The translations under genes and the position numbers were made by a program. DNA of 64,000 nucleotides from Podarcis vaucheri (taxonomy: Eukaryota). The notes under the pieces are model-generated. The model did not search any database. It was not told the DNA's origin and was given only the letters and a program-made list of their open reading frames with translations. Where the stretch lies: assembly GCA_965113315.1 (NCBI GenBank), contig OZ220371.1; one strand, 5' to 3'. This document shows positions 1 through 30,355 of this stretch, piece after piece (the stretch's first letter is position 1; each line of letters opens with the position of its first letter).

Positions 1-62
1 AGAAGTATGAGAGAGCAAAACCTTTTCGCCTTGCTTTCTACCATAATAATTTGGTAGGGATT

Positions 63-116
63 TTGTTGTTGCTTAGTCGTGTCTGACTCTTCGTGACCCC
101 ATGGATCAGAGCATGC
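63..116 (-). mobile_element. BovB (RTE) LINE 3' tail fragment
   Basis: Reverse complement reads ccatggggtcacgaagagtcagacacgactaagcaacaacaa, typical of the BovB 3' end. Confidence 0.7.
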
Positions 117-240
117 GGTAGGGATTTAGTTGACTACAAAATGATTTCACATATAGTGCTTTCTTAAGTGCTTAGAATAATGCACATTTCTGCTTGCTGA
201 CTTGTAGAAGAACTAGGTTCAGATTATCAAAGACAAGAGT

Positions 241-1030
241 CGTAAAATTGTAGAGTTGGAAGGGATACTGAGGGTCATTCCATTCAATGCAGGGATGTCA
301 GCTACAGTATCCATGACAGATGGCCATCTAACTGCTTAAAAAAACATCCAAAGTAGGAGTCTACCACCTCTTGTGAGAGTCTGTTCGACTGTCAGAAAGT
401 TCTTCCTGATGTTTAGTTGGAATCTCCTTTCTTGTAACTTGAAGCCATTGGTTCATGTCCTGCCCACTTGAGCAGGAGAAAACAAGCTTGCTCCATCTTC
501 CATGTGGCAGCCCTTTAGATATTTGAAGATGGCTATCACATTTCCCCTCAGTCTTCTCTTACCCAGGCTAAACATATCCAACTTTCTCAACCATTCCTCA
601 TAAGGCTTGGTTTCTAGACCCTTGATCATCTTTCTTGCCCTCCTCTGCACATGTTCCAGCTTCTCAATATCCTTCTGAAATTGTGTCAGCCAAAACTGGA
701 TACAGTGGTGCCTCGCAAGACGAAATTAATCCGTTCTGCGAGTCTCTTCGCCTTGCGTTTTTTTCGTCTAGCGAAGCATGGCTATTAGCGGCTATTAACG
801 GCTTAGCGGCTTTAAGAAAAAGGAAACAAACTCGCAAGAACTCGCAAGACGAAACGTCTTGGGAAGCAAGCCCATAGGGAAATTCGTCTTGCGGAACGAC
901 TCAAAAAACGGAAAACTCTTTCGTCTTGCGAGGCATTCGTCTTGCGAGGTACCACTGTACTGTACTCCAGCTGTGGTCTGGCCAAGGCAGAATAGAGTAA
1001 TACTATTACATCTCTTGATCTGGAAGATCA
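241..1030 (-). mobile_element. CR1 LINE 3' fragment, interrupted by a MITE
   Basis: ORF 453-650 is the CR1 ORF2 C-terminus (QRRARKMIKGLETKPYEEWLRKLDMFSL...IFKYLKG). CR1 3' UTR at 241-300. Confidence 0.9.
703..957. mobile_element. Tc1/mariner-pogo(Tigger)-type MITE
   Basis: TIRs CAGTGGTGCCTCGCAAGACGAA / TTCGTCTTGCGAGGTACCACTG with TA target duplication. Confidence 0.9.
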
Positions 1031-1530
1031 AGATGGTTACACTGGTTCTGCCCAAAGAATTGCCCACCTTTTCCCTTTATAATGCAATCCTAAAATAGAG
1101 ATGGCCTTATTTTGTCTGGATTGTTTGATTTCTAAAATGGTTTCTTAGTTACATTTCTGTGTCGTAGTTCAACAGCTGTTCTTCCTAGTGTCTTTCTTCT
1201 TAGAAGCCTGAGATGTTAGTGAAGTTGTCAAGTATTAGTATTTTGTGCAAGTTGCAATTAACTCATCTCATTGCTGAGTTCCACACAGATTTAGTCATTA
1301 TCATCCTTAGCTGTGTTGATGCCATAGTTGATAGTGCTCAGAATTTACTACAAAAAATATACTAGTTCTATATTAGCACCATTCAGGTTTCTTTAAAAAC
1401 ACAGTCTGGAATAGTCACATTGATCAAACTATTTTTCAGAGATTCTGTATGAAATGTATGTGAAGGTTTTTATATGTTGAAACCTTAAATTTTGAACTCT
1501 TGTCATTGATTTCTTGATTAATACTGTTGA

Positions 1531-20403
<18,873 letters not shown>

Positions 20404-21355
20404 ACTTTTTTAAAGGAGTGGAATGATTTTGGACCGTATCTGGTGTATAATATTTTTGTCACGCACCTGCTGAATTGTTCTAACCTACACAGAATGGAAG
20501 GAGTAAAAATGGTTGCCTTCAAAGTTTTACTTTTTTTATCCTGCTGACGAGTATATAATATAAAGTAACGTATTACTGGATATAGGTGGCTCAGTTAAAA
20601 GAAAAACTAAGCACTGCTAAAATTGAAAAGTACCCTTTATCTACATACCCCATTTTAAACTAATTTATATGGAATCTGAAGGCTTAACACCCATTGGAGC
20701 AGGTGTGTGGCAGAAATATTACTTTAAATTTGTCTTGTTGAGATGACTATCTCAGACAGCAAAAATGCTGTTTTAGCACTGGATCCTTTTCACTGAGCAC
20801 AAAGAGTTGTTGGGGCTTTAACATCTGACTGATTTTGATACAGAGATGATTCTACCCTTTGGAAGTATGCAATGTGAATCACTATTTGCAGACAAACCTG
20901 CAATACATATATAATGCTGTTGTAGAGACTGGGATTTAAAATATGAAGCAAAATAACGAAACATAAGGTGTTCAATTAGCTTGTTGTGTCTCCGAAATTC
21001 ACTGCACGTGATCAGTTTGGTGTTCTTGCACCACAGTTTTTAAATGAAGGAACCAGTTAGAACATACTTTGTTTTTATTAAAAATTGAAAAGAAATCAAC
21101 ACTGCTGTTCAGGAGATGAGCATGATGACAGCATTATTTGGCTGTACATGTTAAAACTGTAATGCAAGAACCAAATGAAATTATGCACTGTGATGTGGCA
21201 CCAACTCATTAAAAAGACAGCATGTATTTTTCACGTACAGTGAAAATATAAATGAACATAACTATGGCTTGAAAATTCAAAGAGTGGAACTTCTGACTTC
21301 CAATTTGTGACTGATTGAGAGACTAATTGTTTAAAACCTCAGCAGGCCTTGTTCA

Positions 21356-21495
21356 NNNNNNNNNNNNNNNNNNNNNNNNNNNNNNNNNNNNNNNNNNNNN
21401 NNNNNNNNNNNNNNNNNNNNNNNNNNNNNNNNNNNNNNNNNNNNNNNNNNNNNNNNNNNNNNNNNNNNNNNNNNNNNNNNNNNNNNNNNNNNNNN
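21356..21495. other. Assembly gap (140 N) within the NAA15 3' UTR region
   Basis: Run of N. Confidence 0.99.
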
Positions 21496-21599
21496 CTTTT
21501 AACGGGCCCGAGATTTTTTTTCAATAACAGACAAGCTTCTTATTCCTGCAGTTACAGATGTAATTTCCTTTGTCAAACATAAGGTACCAAATATAATGC

Positions 21600-21605
21600 A
21601 ATAAA
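21600..21605 (+). terminator. Candidate NAA15 polyadenylation signal (AATAAA); a second is at 21787-21792
   Basis: Canonical hexamer about 1.2 kb after the stop, followed by U/GU-rich sequence. Usage cannot be verified from sequence. Confidence 0.45.
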
Positions 21606-23559
21606 ATGTTTTGAAAAAGAGCTGTGTGGCTATAGAATTTGCAAACTGCTGTCGGAAGAGATGTAGTGCAAGACCAGTGTAACATGAATTACTTATAATA
21701 GCTTTTTGTTAGTGTTGGTGAAATCCCACAATGCATAATGCAGCAGTGCTTGGAGACACTATTTCCCCTTCCTGCCCCTCTTCTCCAATAAAGCTAACCC
21801 ACAATGGCTGCTGTTGTGAACAGTAATTTGCAACTTGGCAGTAATGGTTCCGTTCCTGGAGTTAATATTAAATATATCTCCAAAATACAACATCTTTATG
21901 AAGACTACAAATTTAAATGAGAACTTTTATAAGCTATGAAGTTTGGGATAAGAAATCTAAGGCACAGTGTAGAAAATGGTAAAAATAATTTGCAGTATGA
22001 GAAACTTGACAGTTGACACTTCATGGTTTTCACTGCTGTACATCTCTTTAGAGAGATCATTACTCTTTCTGTGATAAGAAAAAATGTTAAAGGAAAGTAT
22101 TGACTTGTCATTCATCTAGAGCCTTCCCCTTTTGGCATATATACATCTCTGAACAAAAGAAGTTTGTCATAACTTTGTGTTAACTGTACTACAATATTTT
22201 ATATTTCCAAGAAAATAATTTTGCTGTCTGCTACTGAGACACTCTGCTACATTACATTCAAACCAAGAGCTATCACACCTAGTCTGCAAATATTCAGTGT
22301 TATCTATCTGGAAACCTTAGTATCCTACGTGCTTGTTTTTCTTCCCCTTAACTTAGCCACTTTATTATCCAGCAACCCTTCAGGAAATACTTGCTGTAGT
22401 CATGGTGTTCCATGGAAACTACTCTAGAATTAGCCCTATTGTCTTTCAGGATGCCACATTATTTCTAGAGTGCTTTGCTAAGAGGAGATGGGCTTGGGTT
22501 AATAATTTACACCTTTCTTTTTCCTCTTCCAGTGATGGTCAAAACTCTCTTAAGTGCTGAGATTCTACAACATAGATCACTCATTTGAGGCTTTTGTTTT
22601 TAGCAAGGATAGTATGTTTCATTATAGTTACAACTATGTGATCTTGCAGTGACATAAATTTGGGAGGAGGTATATAGTGGGCATCAAAAACACAGTAATC
22701 TGGCCATTACTATTTAAGCAGCACACATGCACACCTTTTGTAGTGGGTCATTAAAAAATGATCAGTGTAACCTATAGGAACGCAAAACCAAGGCAGCCCA
22801 GAGGCATAATAATCATGCTGGTTTATTTGGAAACGCATTTCACTGATTTTGGTGGTACTTGCTCCGTTGTAAGTAAGTATAGGGTAGTGTAAAGTTTTTA
22901 AAAATATATTGTCCACTTAAGCAGGCAGAGGAGCTGAGCAAGGGGTGGTGCTCCATTGCACTTTGCACCCCCTGAGAAGCAAAATTAATTATGCAAAACA
23001 AGTGACGATGGACAAAGTTGCTGGGTTTTTAGAAAAAGGAATATGAGAAGTTTGGAGGAGGGCTTCTGCTGAAAAGCACTGGCTCCAGCAGGAAAGTAGA
23101 GAACAATATGTAAATAGAAGCTACTGCTCAAAGGCTCATGTATTGCTCAGGATAGCTGATCTCTGCCATGAGCTGGAACTGCGGGTAAAAAATAAGACGC
23201 TGTTCCTGCATCTTTGCTAACTCTGTAGGAGGGCGTTTCAGCAGGTTGACCTGGAGTTTCCTTTTTGGCAGCTGCCCACCAGTACCGAAATTCACTCTTC
23301 TATCTACCCAGCTGTTTAAAGGCGCAAGAGCGCGGTCTACTTTTTCACCCTTTTCCAGCAATTGTGGGAGCAACAGATCTTGGCTAGGAAGAGCCCTGTT
23401 TGTCCAGTGCCCAGCCGGAAGCTGATGTTCACGGCTTTCCCCACAGCTAAGGCGCTGCAAGTTTTAAAGCTTGGTCTGTGGGGGGGGGGGGATTGGCTTT
23501 TCTGGGAACTTTCTGCCCATCAGTCTCGCCGGGTGACTCCCGCTTGTATAACTGAGGAC

Positions 23560-24400
23560 GAGAGAAAGACAGCCAGGGGTGCGAGACGCTCTTGTACTGA
23601 GGGAGGAGACTAGCATGAGCTTAGCACTGGCGAACAATGACAGCCAGATGGCCGCTGCCGCCCCCAACCCGCCATTTAAAGACTCGTCGATAACACCCCA
23701 CTTCTCGCGAGCTTTCGTGTTCACGTCGTCCCTGTTTCCCCCCGCAGAGGCGAGCGGAAACGCCCCCTTCCACGGCTTCGCCTTCTTCGCCTATCAGGCC
23801 CGGCCTATCCCGCGAAAGGGGCGGAGCTGTTCCTCCTACGTGGCTTAACACGCGTGAAGCGGCAGCGGCTTCCTCAGGTGCGGAAGCGAAGCGGCTTGTC
23901 AGGGAGGGGGGAAATGAGCGCGAGCGACGGGGGCGCGCGGGCCTTTTTCGCCTCTCCGCCGCGACGCGAATCCCTCCGCCAGGTTGGGCCTGAGCGACTA
24001 AGCCGCGAGTGACTCGACGCAGCGGAAGGCGCCTTCGCGGGCCCGGCGGCGATGGCGGCGGCCGAGGTGGAGTCGTCGCTGGAGCTGAGCCTGTCGAGCA
24101 GCTACGCGGCGCCGGGGACGTTGCCCCCCGCGCGCTCCCGCATCTTCAAGATCATCGTCATCGGGGACTCGAACGTGGGGAAAACGTGCCTCACTTTCCG
24201 CTTTTGCGCGGGCCGCTTCCCGGAGCGCACCGAGGCCACCATCGGGGTGGATTTCCGAGAACGCGCCGTCGACATCGACGGGGAGCGCATCAAGGTGCGG
24301 AAAGCCGAGGTCACCTCCTCGGGCTGCTTTTCCCCTGCCAGGCTCAAGGGCTGTTCTGCCGGCTGCCTTGCAGCTGGCACGTAGTAGATGCAAAGTGGCA
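23560..24400 (+). promoter_or_regulatory. CpG island / RAB33B promoter and first exon
   Basis: Sharp rise in GC and CpG density. Contains YY1-like motifs (CAGATGGCCG at about 23645; CCGCCATTT 23669-23677), TCTCGCGAG 23703-23711 and ETS-like CGGAAG sites. Confidence 0.9.
24052..24294 (+). CDS. RAB33B: RAB33B exon 1 coding part (MAAAEVES...GERIK)
   Basis: Kozak gcgATGG; donor gtgcgg at 24295. Confidence 0.96.
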
Positions 24401-26039
24401 GGGAGTCCGGGGCTGCTGCTGCTCCTTTAACAGGTGTGTGCAGAAAAGGCAGGTGCTTTGCCTCGGCAAGCGACGTCTGCTGAGATTTCCTCTGCTGCAA
24501 TACTGTTATAGGTGCAGGTGGCGAAAGATTGCCGCCGGTTGGACTAGATGACCCTCGTGGTCCCTTCCACGAGGGTCATCTTACACCAGGCCACCTGGCA
24601 GGAAAGAAGTGGGCAACTCCAGTCCTGTTGCTCATCCATGCTGCCTGGAGCTGACACACGGCCAAAAATAATGGAGGTCATTTGTTATACTTGTATCTCA
24701 GTTGCTTCCCCTGAATCAAGATTTGTAACAATCTGAGTGCGGTAACTTGAGGAAGGCCCCGTGAGCTTCATCGCTGAGCCCGAGGCTTGATGTTATAGTT
24801 GCACCTGTAAACATGCTGTTAGTTGCACCTCTGAACCCCTTGGTCTAACTAACTGTTGTTCATGTGCTGAGTGCTGAACATGTATTAACATCACACAGTT
24901 TTGAAGATGTGCTCATATTTAGTCAAACCTGTGGCCTATTGCATCTCTTTATCCCAGTGTTTAAATAAGCTCACAGAAGTTTGCAAACACATAATGCTAG
25001 TTTGCTAGGGCCTTGCAGAATTCTTCATCTCACCTCTAGCAACATGTGGTTTCTATGCTGGGTGCAGAGAAGTAGAGCTTCCATGCATCCAGCTGCATGG
25101 AATTCCTGGTTACCTTTGGGTACCAGCTAGTGCTTAAATGGAAAGTTGTGTCATCCTTATACATGTACTGTTATGTTAAGCAATGACACCTCTGCTTTTT
25201 AATTGAAATGTAAGCATGCTGATTTTTAAACCCACATAGATCCTAATTAAACTTAATACTCATGTCACAATGTGAATTTCTTGGCAAGCTCTTAATTCCT
25301 GCAATACCTCCATCTACAGTGAAAGATGCACAATTACTAATATTTAGTATAACTGTTTTTGAAAAGCTGATGCATAAAAAAGTGTTTGCAGGAAGCTTCA
25401 CAGCAAAAGTTTTCATTTATGTTTTGTTGCTGTTGCTGAGATATAAAACCACTGACCTCAAAGACCCTTATGAACAGAAATCATAGCAATATAAAAGTAC
25501 TGTTGAGTTAAAGTTGAAATTATGCCTTTCCACCAGCCTGAGTGAAATCATTTTTTTTCTTGTTTCTCTCCCTTCTTTCCCCTTCTTGGTACATCTAGAT
25601 TCAGCTCTGGGATACAGCAGGGCAGGAGCGATTCAGGAAGAGCATGGTACAGCACTATTACAGGAATGTACACGCAGTCGTTTTTGTATATGATATGACA
25701 AATATTGCCAGCTTCCATAGTTTGCCACTGTGGATCGAGGAATGCAAACAACACTTGCTCACCAATGATATACCCCGGATTTTGGTTGGAAATAAATGCG
25801 ATCTGAGAAGTGCAATTCAGGTCCCTACAGACATGGCTCAGAAATTTGCTGACACTCATAGCATGCCACTGTTTGAAACGTCTGCTAAAAACCCTAATGA
25901 CAATGATCATGTGGAAGCCATATTTATGACCCTGGCTCATAAGCTCAAGAGTCACAAGCCACTCATGCTTAGTCAGCTACCCGATAACACAATTCACCTA
26001 GAACCTGCAGTAAAACCTGCCATGCCATGTTGGTGTTAG
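24052..26039 (+). CDS. RAB33B: Ras-related protein Rab-33B, 227 aa, two coding exons (24052-24294, 25599-26039)
   Basis: Motifs GDSNVGKT (G1), TIGVDF (G2), WDTAGQERF (G3), NKCD (G4), ETSAK (G5) and C-terminal CWC prenylation site. Splice sites AAG|gtgcgg and ctag|ATT. Syntenic with NAA15 and SETD7. Confidence 0.97.
25599..26039 (+). CDS. RAB33B: RAB33B exon 2 coding part (IQLWDTAG...AMPCWC*)
   Basis: Long polypyrimidine tract, ctag acceptor, stop TAG. Confidence 0.96.
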   Translation: MQLWDTAGQERFRKSMVQHYYRNVHAVVFVYDMTNIASFHSLPLWIEECKQHLLTNDIPRILVGNKCDLRSAIQVPTDMAQKFADTHSMPLFETSAKNPNDNDHVEAIFMTLAHKLKSHKPLMLSQLPDNTIHLEPAVKPAMPCWC

Positions 26040-28035
26040 CTCACAGTATTTTTGTAGTCATCACTTTGGTCTGTTTGCCAGTGCTTTGAGAGTATGGTGT
26101 TGGTAATGTTCCAGTTTAGTAGAAATTACATTGAATCTGCTGGGCACTTTATTGTATGTTCTCACATCTGGATGTGTGCCACTCTTATCTCTGCACTTTG
26201 TTAACTGTATCATCTAAATTACTGAAGATTTATGGACATTAGATTTGTGAAGCTTGACTCTGGTCCCATTGAAGTAGCTTAGTTCTGAGATCTTTTCTCC
26301 ACTAAAATAGAAATGTGTAGGTTAGGTCAAATCACTGATGCCTTTAGCATTCAATTTGAGCAGATCACGGTTCTATAGAAACCCAAAGAGTAGTATGACT
26401 TGATAATTTTAAGTGAATTACTTTTAGATAATTTGGTAAATTGATTTGTGAATTGTACTTCTATCACATGTCTTAATCATGCAATGGAATGAAGACTCGA
26501 CTTGAGCACAAGTGTTAAGTCACCTCTTGCCTTCATCTCATTACTTTATCTAAACTCTAGGTTAGTTAATTATGAAAGCAAGTGTAGAGCTACGGAGTTT
26601 ACTTTCTGTGTAAAGTTATGTTTGATGGCCCTCATAGTTTTGTATTCTTCTTTATATGTGAGGCAAAAATGACATTGGAAAAATATCCAGGGTTATCTTT
26701 TGCACAATAAAATGAAATCATGTGAATCTCATGGAACATTGGAAATTGCATTGAAAACTGAAGCTGTAGTGGATTGTTTATTTCTGATGTAACCACAGGA
26801 GATCAGAAAGTATCCACTCAATTGTGGTATTGCTCTGGAGGCGAAACCATCAATAGGAACGTCTGATCTTGTAGTTCAGATTCTCCCTAAATATTGTAAC
26901 ACTTTTTAAAAGGCTCTAACGCAATTCTAAAAATGTATCATTTATATTCATAACATTATGATATAACTTAAGGTGTATTGTTTGACTTTCATTATTAACA
27001 GTAGTTATAACCTACACAACATACAAAATGCCAAAACGTGAGACTTGATTGGGGTACTTTTAGTACCCCAATGGAATACTATGAAGCAAATGGCCAAGGT
27101 AAAAGTCTTAGGAATGCATGGTTTCTCTTACTAAAAACAAACAGTGAATTCAAATGTAGACTGCAAATAATATAGGGGAAATCATATGCTATTCTGTGTG
27201 GTTGGCTCACTATGTTTTGCTTTTGAAATAGCATAAAGTAGGAGCAACTGAACTTCAGAATCTACAATTTGTTTTTAAAAAAAAAACTACTTGTGTGCCT
27301 TAGCTATGAACACATGGAAGGGGCAGTCTATATCATCCCATAGTATCAAAAATAAAGACATAAAATATGAATGAAAGTGGCTGTTTTCCATAAGTAATAT
27401 TAGCAGCTTGTTTTTAGTAACAGTTAAGAGGTCTCTTCAAATCTATTTGCAGCACAGAGTGTCTATAAAGTGTTTAGAGCTGAACTTACAAGTTTTCTTG
27501 CTTGATGATTTCTGCTATAATAACTGCCCTCCACCTCTGGGCAGCTCAAGCTAAAGGGTAAGGGATAGGTGGACTTTCCTGTGTTCATTGTGTAACGTGC
27601 ACTACTGGCGCAAGCGCCCGATTCAGCCTTCCAGTACTGAGTAATTGACAAGTGGAGAAATCCTGGTGCCTATCTTCATCTCCTTGCACAAATATAGCTC
27701 CAGCCTTGTATATCTATTGTTGCTAATTAGGACCATCACCCATTAAAGAAAGAAATTTGAGCTTTTATTGACTAATAAAATATTAAAGTTACAAATATTG
27801 AGGAAGGGATAAAACTGTTCTGTAGAAAATGGCATAATTTGTGTGAATGACAGATGATGGGGATTGATTTTAATTATGTTTAATCTTTGTACTCTTGCTC
27901 TTCCCTCCACTTGGAAAGCTCAAGCTGCTAACAGTAACGTGTTGTTAGAATCCTGTTAGCAGTGGCTGCCACCTGGTGTTTCTTAAGTATTAAAAACAAA
28001 TATTTTACAAATCAATCAATGTTAATCAACTAGGA

Positions 28036-28166
28036 CAGCAGGAGACAACATGGTGCCCTCTAGATGTTGTGGACTACAACAGCCCTCAGTCCTAGTCAGC
28101 TTGGCCAGTGAACAGGGATGATGGTACTTGTAGTCCAAAACATCTGGAGGCTACTGCATTGGCTGT
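28036..28166. mobile_element. Degenerate hAT-type MITE
   Basis: ctctagatgttgtggactacaac...ttgtagtccaaaacatctggag inverted arms. Confidence 0.65.
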
Positions 28167-30091
28167 TTCGGAAGTAAGCATTACAAACCTTAGTATAAGT
28201 GAACCTTGTGTAGGAGCTGATCTTAACTCTCTTGTTCAGTACCATATCGTAACCTTTTATTTACATGTGTCCTACATTTCACATTTCGTGTTAGCTTGCA
28301 TATAACTTTTGGTTACATAAAAAGGGAAAGCAATGAAATTCAAGATACCGTTACATATTATTCTAAGAGAATGGAGTATCAGTATTATAGACTAACACTT
28401 AAAGAACAATTTACTTAATATTCCAAATCCAATTTGCTTATATCTACTGTGTGCTACTTATTAAATGTCTTACTAAGTTTTAACCTTTACTGTAATGTTA
28501 TTGAAGGCAGACATATTAGTACAATTTCTGTAATTGCCAAATACTAGGTGCTATTCTGTTGTACATTAGCATAGTGAAGTATAAAAAACTAGCTTTTGTG
28601 TTTAGGAAAATCTGTTGATTGCACCTTAATCAGTAAAATGCAAGGAGCACAATCCACTTGCATTGTGGGCCAAATGTGTGAGAGGATTGTGTCCAAGTTT
28701 ATATAGGATTATTATTATTTTGCTTATAACCAGAAGTGACAGGGTTTTTCTTGTTTAGTTTTTCTACAACACTTGAAAAAGGGAAGTTCTTTTTACTCTG
28801 TTTTGTGTCTTTACTTTTGGTTTACGCACTTTCTAGAAACCATTTATTTAATACGAAGACTCTTCAGTGATTTTTAATGAAAAAATGTTCATAAATGTAT
28901 ATTTCTAAAATATTTCTCAAATATAGTTTACACTCCTCTTTAGAGAACTCACCTGTTTACTTCATTTTCTTAATCCATTTAAGTAAAAGATAGCTTTTAA
29001 TGCAAATGTAATAATAATGTGTGCATTAAATAATATCCTAAAGAAAGTAAAAATAAAAACCAGGGTTCTATAATCAGAAGGAAGAGGGTGTTGAAGAATA
29101 AATCATGTGGCCACAACATATAGGACAACATCCCTGTATTGCTCCCAAGATAGGTCTGATAACTGATGTTGTATTTCACCCATAAATTCTGATGAAATGG
29201 TTATTTTGAAACTGTTTAAACTGCTATAGTATAGTATAGAATTGTTCTATCTTATTATTGCAAAATAACATTGAGCATTGTCATCTTATCAGCACCAGTT
29301 ACGTTGACAGTATCTTAAACAGAGTGTTGTTAATCCAAAATGCTTCCCCATTTAATAATGCTTTACCTACAAAATGTCAATTGTTCTTTCTAAAAGCAAA
29401 AGGAAAGATTTATTTAAATTACCACAAGTACGTGCCACTGTCTTAAACTAATAAATGCTAGCAAGTAAAATTCTGCTTTTGTCTCATTTTCCCCCACTGT
29501 AATTGCCTGTCAGTTAGAAACATTCACATTGTTATGAGTGTTGTGAAGCTTCCATGTCCTGAAAGATTCTTGCTTGCCTCAGGCAGGTATACCTAGGGCT
29601 ATTTTAAAAGTGTTTTATTTCTGGAGTTATATGTGCATTTGTCTTTAAAAAATGAATCTGTGGAAGAGGACCAATGGGCAAGATTGGATATGTTCAAATT
29701 GATTTCTTTAGTTTAGGCCAGATGGAGCATATGATATGAAAGGTGATGCCTCTTTAATGAAATACTAATTCCATACAAAACACAACCCATAAATTCTAAC
29801 AGGGGGCATTGGTGAAATCATTGGAGTAGAGTGCACTGGCTAATATTCACAGTATTTATCGGCCCACTCTTTGCTTTCTGTGCTAGCAGTGAAATCAGTT
29901 ATCACACGGAATCTTACGATTTCTGCACACCATTCCCATTTGAACAAGCAAATTTGCATTTGGAAAACTCATTTGCCCATGACAATTTTTCTGGTTCAAA
30001 GGATGCTTGCTATTATTGAAGATTCTATTACACAGCAGGAGTCAAATAAACACCATGGGGCTAAATTAAAATTTATGAAAATAGAATTAAG

Positions 30092-30097
30092 TTTATT
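30092..30097 (-). terminator. Candidate polyadenylation signal of the MS4A-like gene
   Basis: AATAAA on the - strand about 155 nt after the stop; another at 29619-29614. Confidence 0.45.
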
Positions 30098-30251
30098 AAC
30101 TGTACAGAAAATAGGTCACCAGTCTTGAAATTCTGAGGATCTCTTCAGAGTGGTCAGTCATTTCTTAACTTTTAAGAATTGTACAAACGTCTCATCAACA
30201 TTCTTAAGTTATAAAGAGCTTTAAAAAAACTTATTCTCATAGAATTTATAT

Positions 30252-30355
30252 TTAAGTCATCCTGATATACGGAGGTGGTTTGGGCATATCATCATCAGCT
30301 TCCATATCTAAATCTGAAAGTTTTACAGGAGAATTAAAAATTGTATCCACTTGAC
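30252..30355 (-). CDS. MS4A-like gene last coding exon (QVDTIFNS...DDDMPKPPPYIRMT*)
   Basis: gtcttttctattctag|GT CAA...ACT TAA, 104 nt. Confidence 0.83.

Noticed and set aside
21327-21582. ORFs containing X runs
   Set aside because: Artefacts of the 140-nt N gap
23720-23860. CLEAR/TFEB element in the RAB33B promoter
   Set aside because: Only partial matches (tcacgtcg, cacgcgtg); no TCACGTGA
23464-24551. Overlapping ORFs around RAB33B exon 1 (23998-24393 -, 24009-24551 +, 24102-24500 -, 23579-23848 +)
   Set aside because: Stop-poor GC-rich CpG-island shadow frames with no recognisable domain
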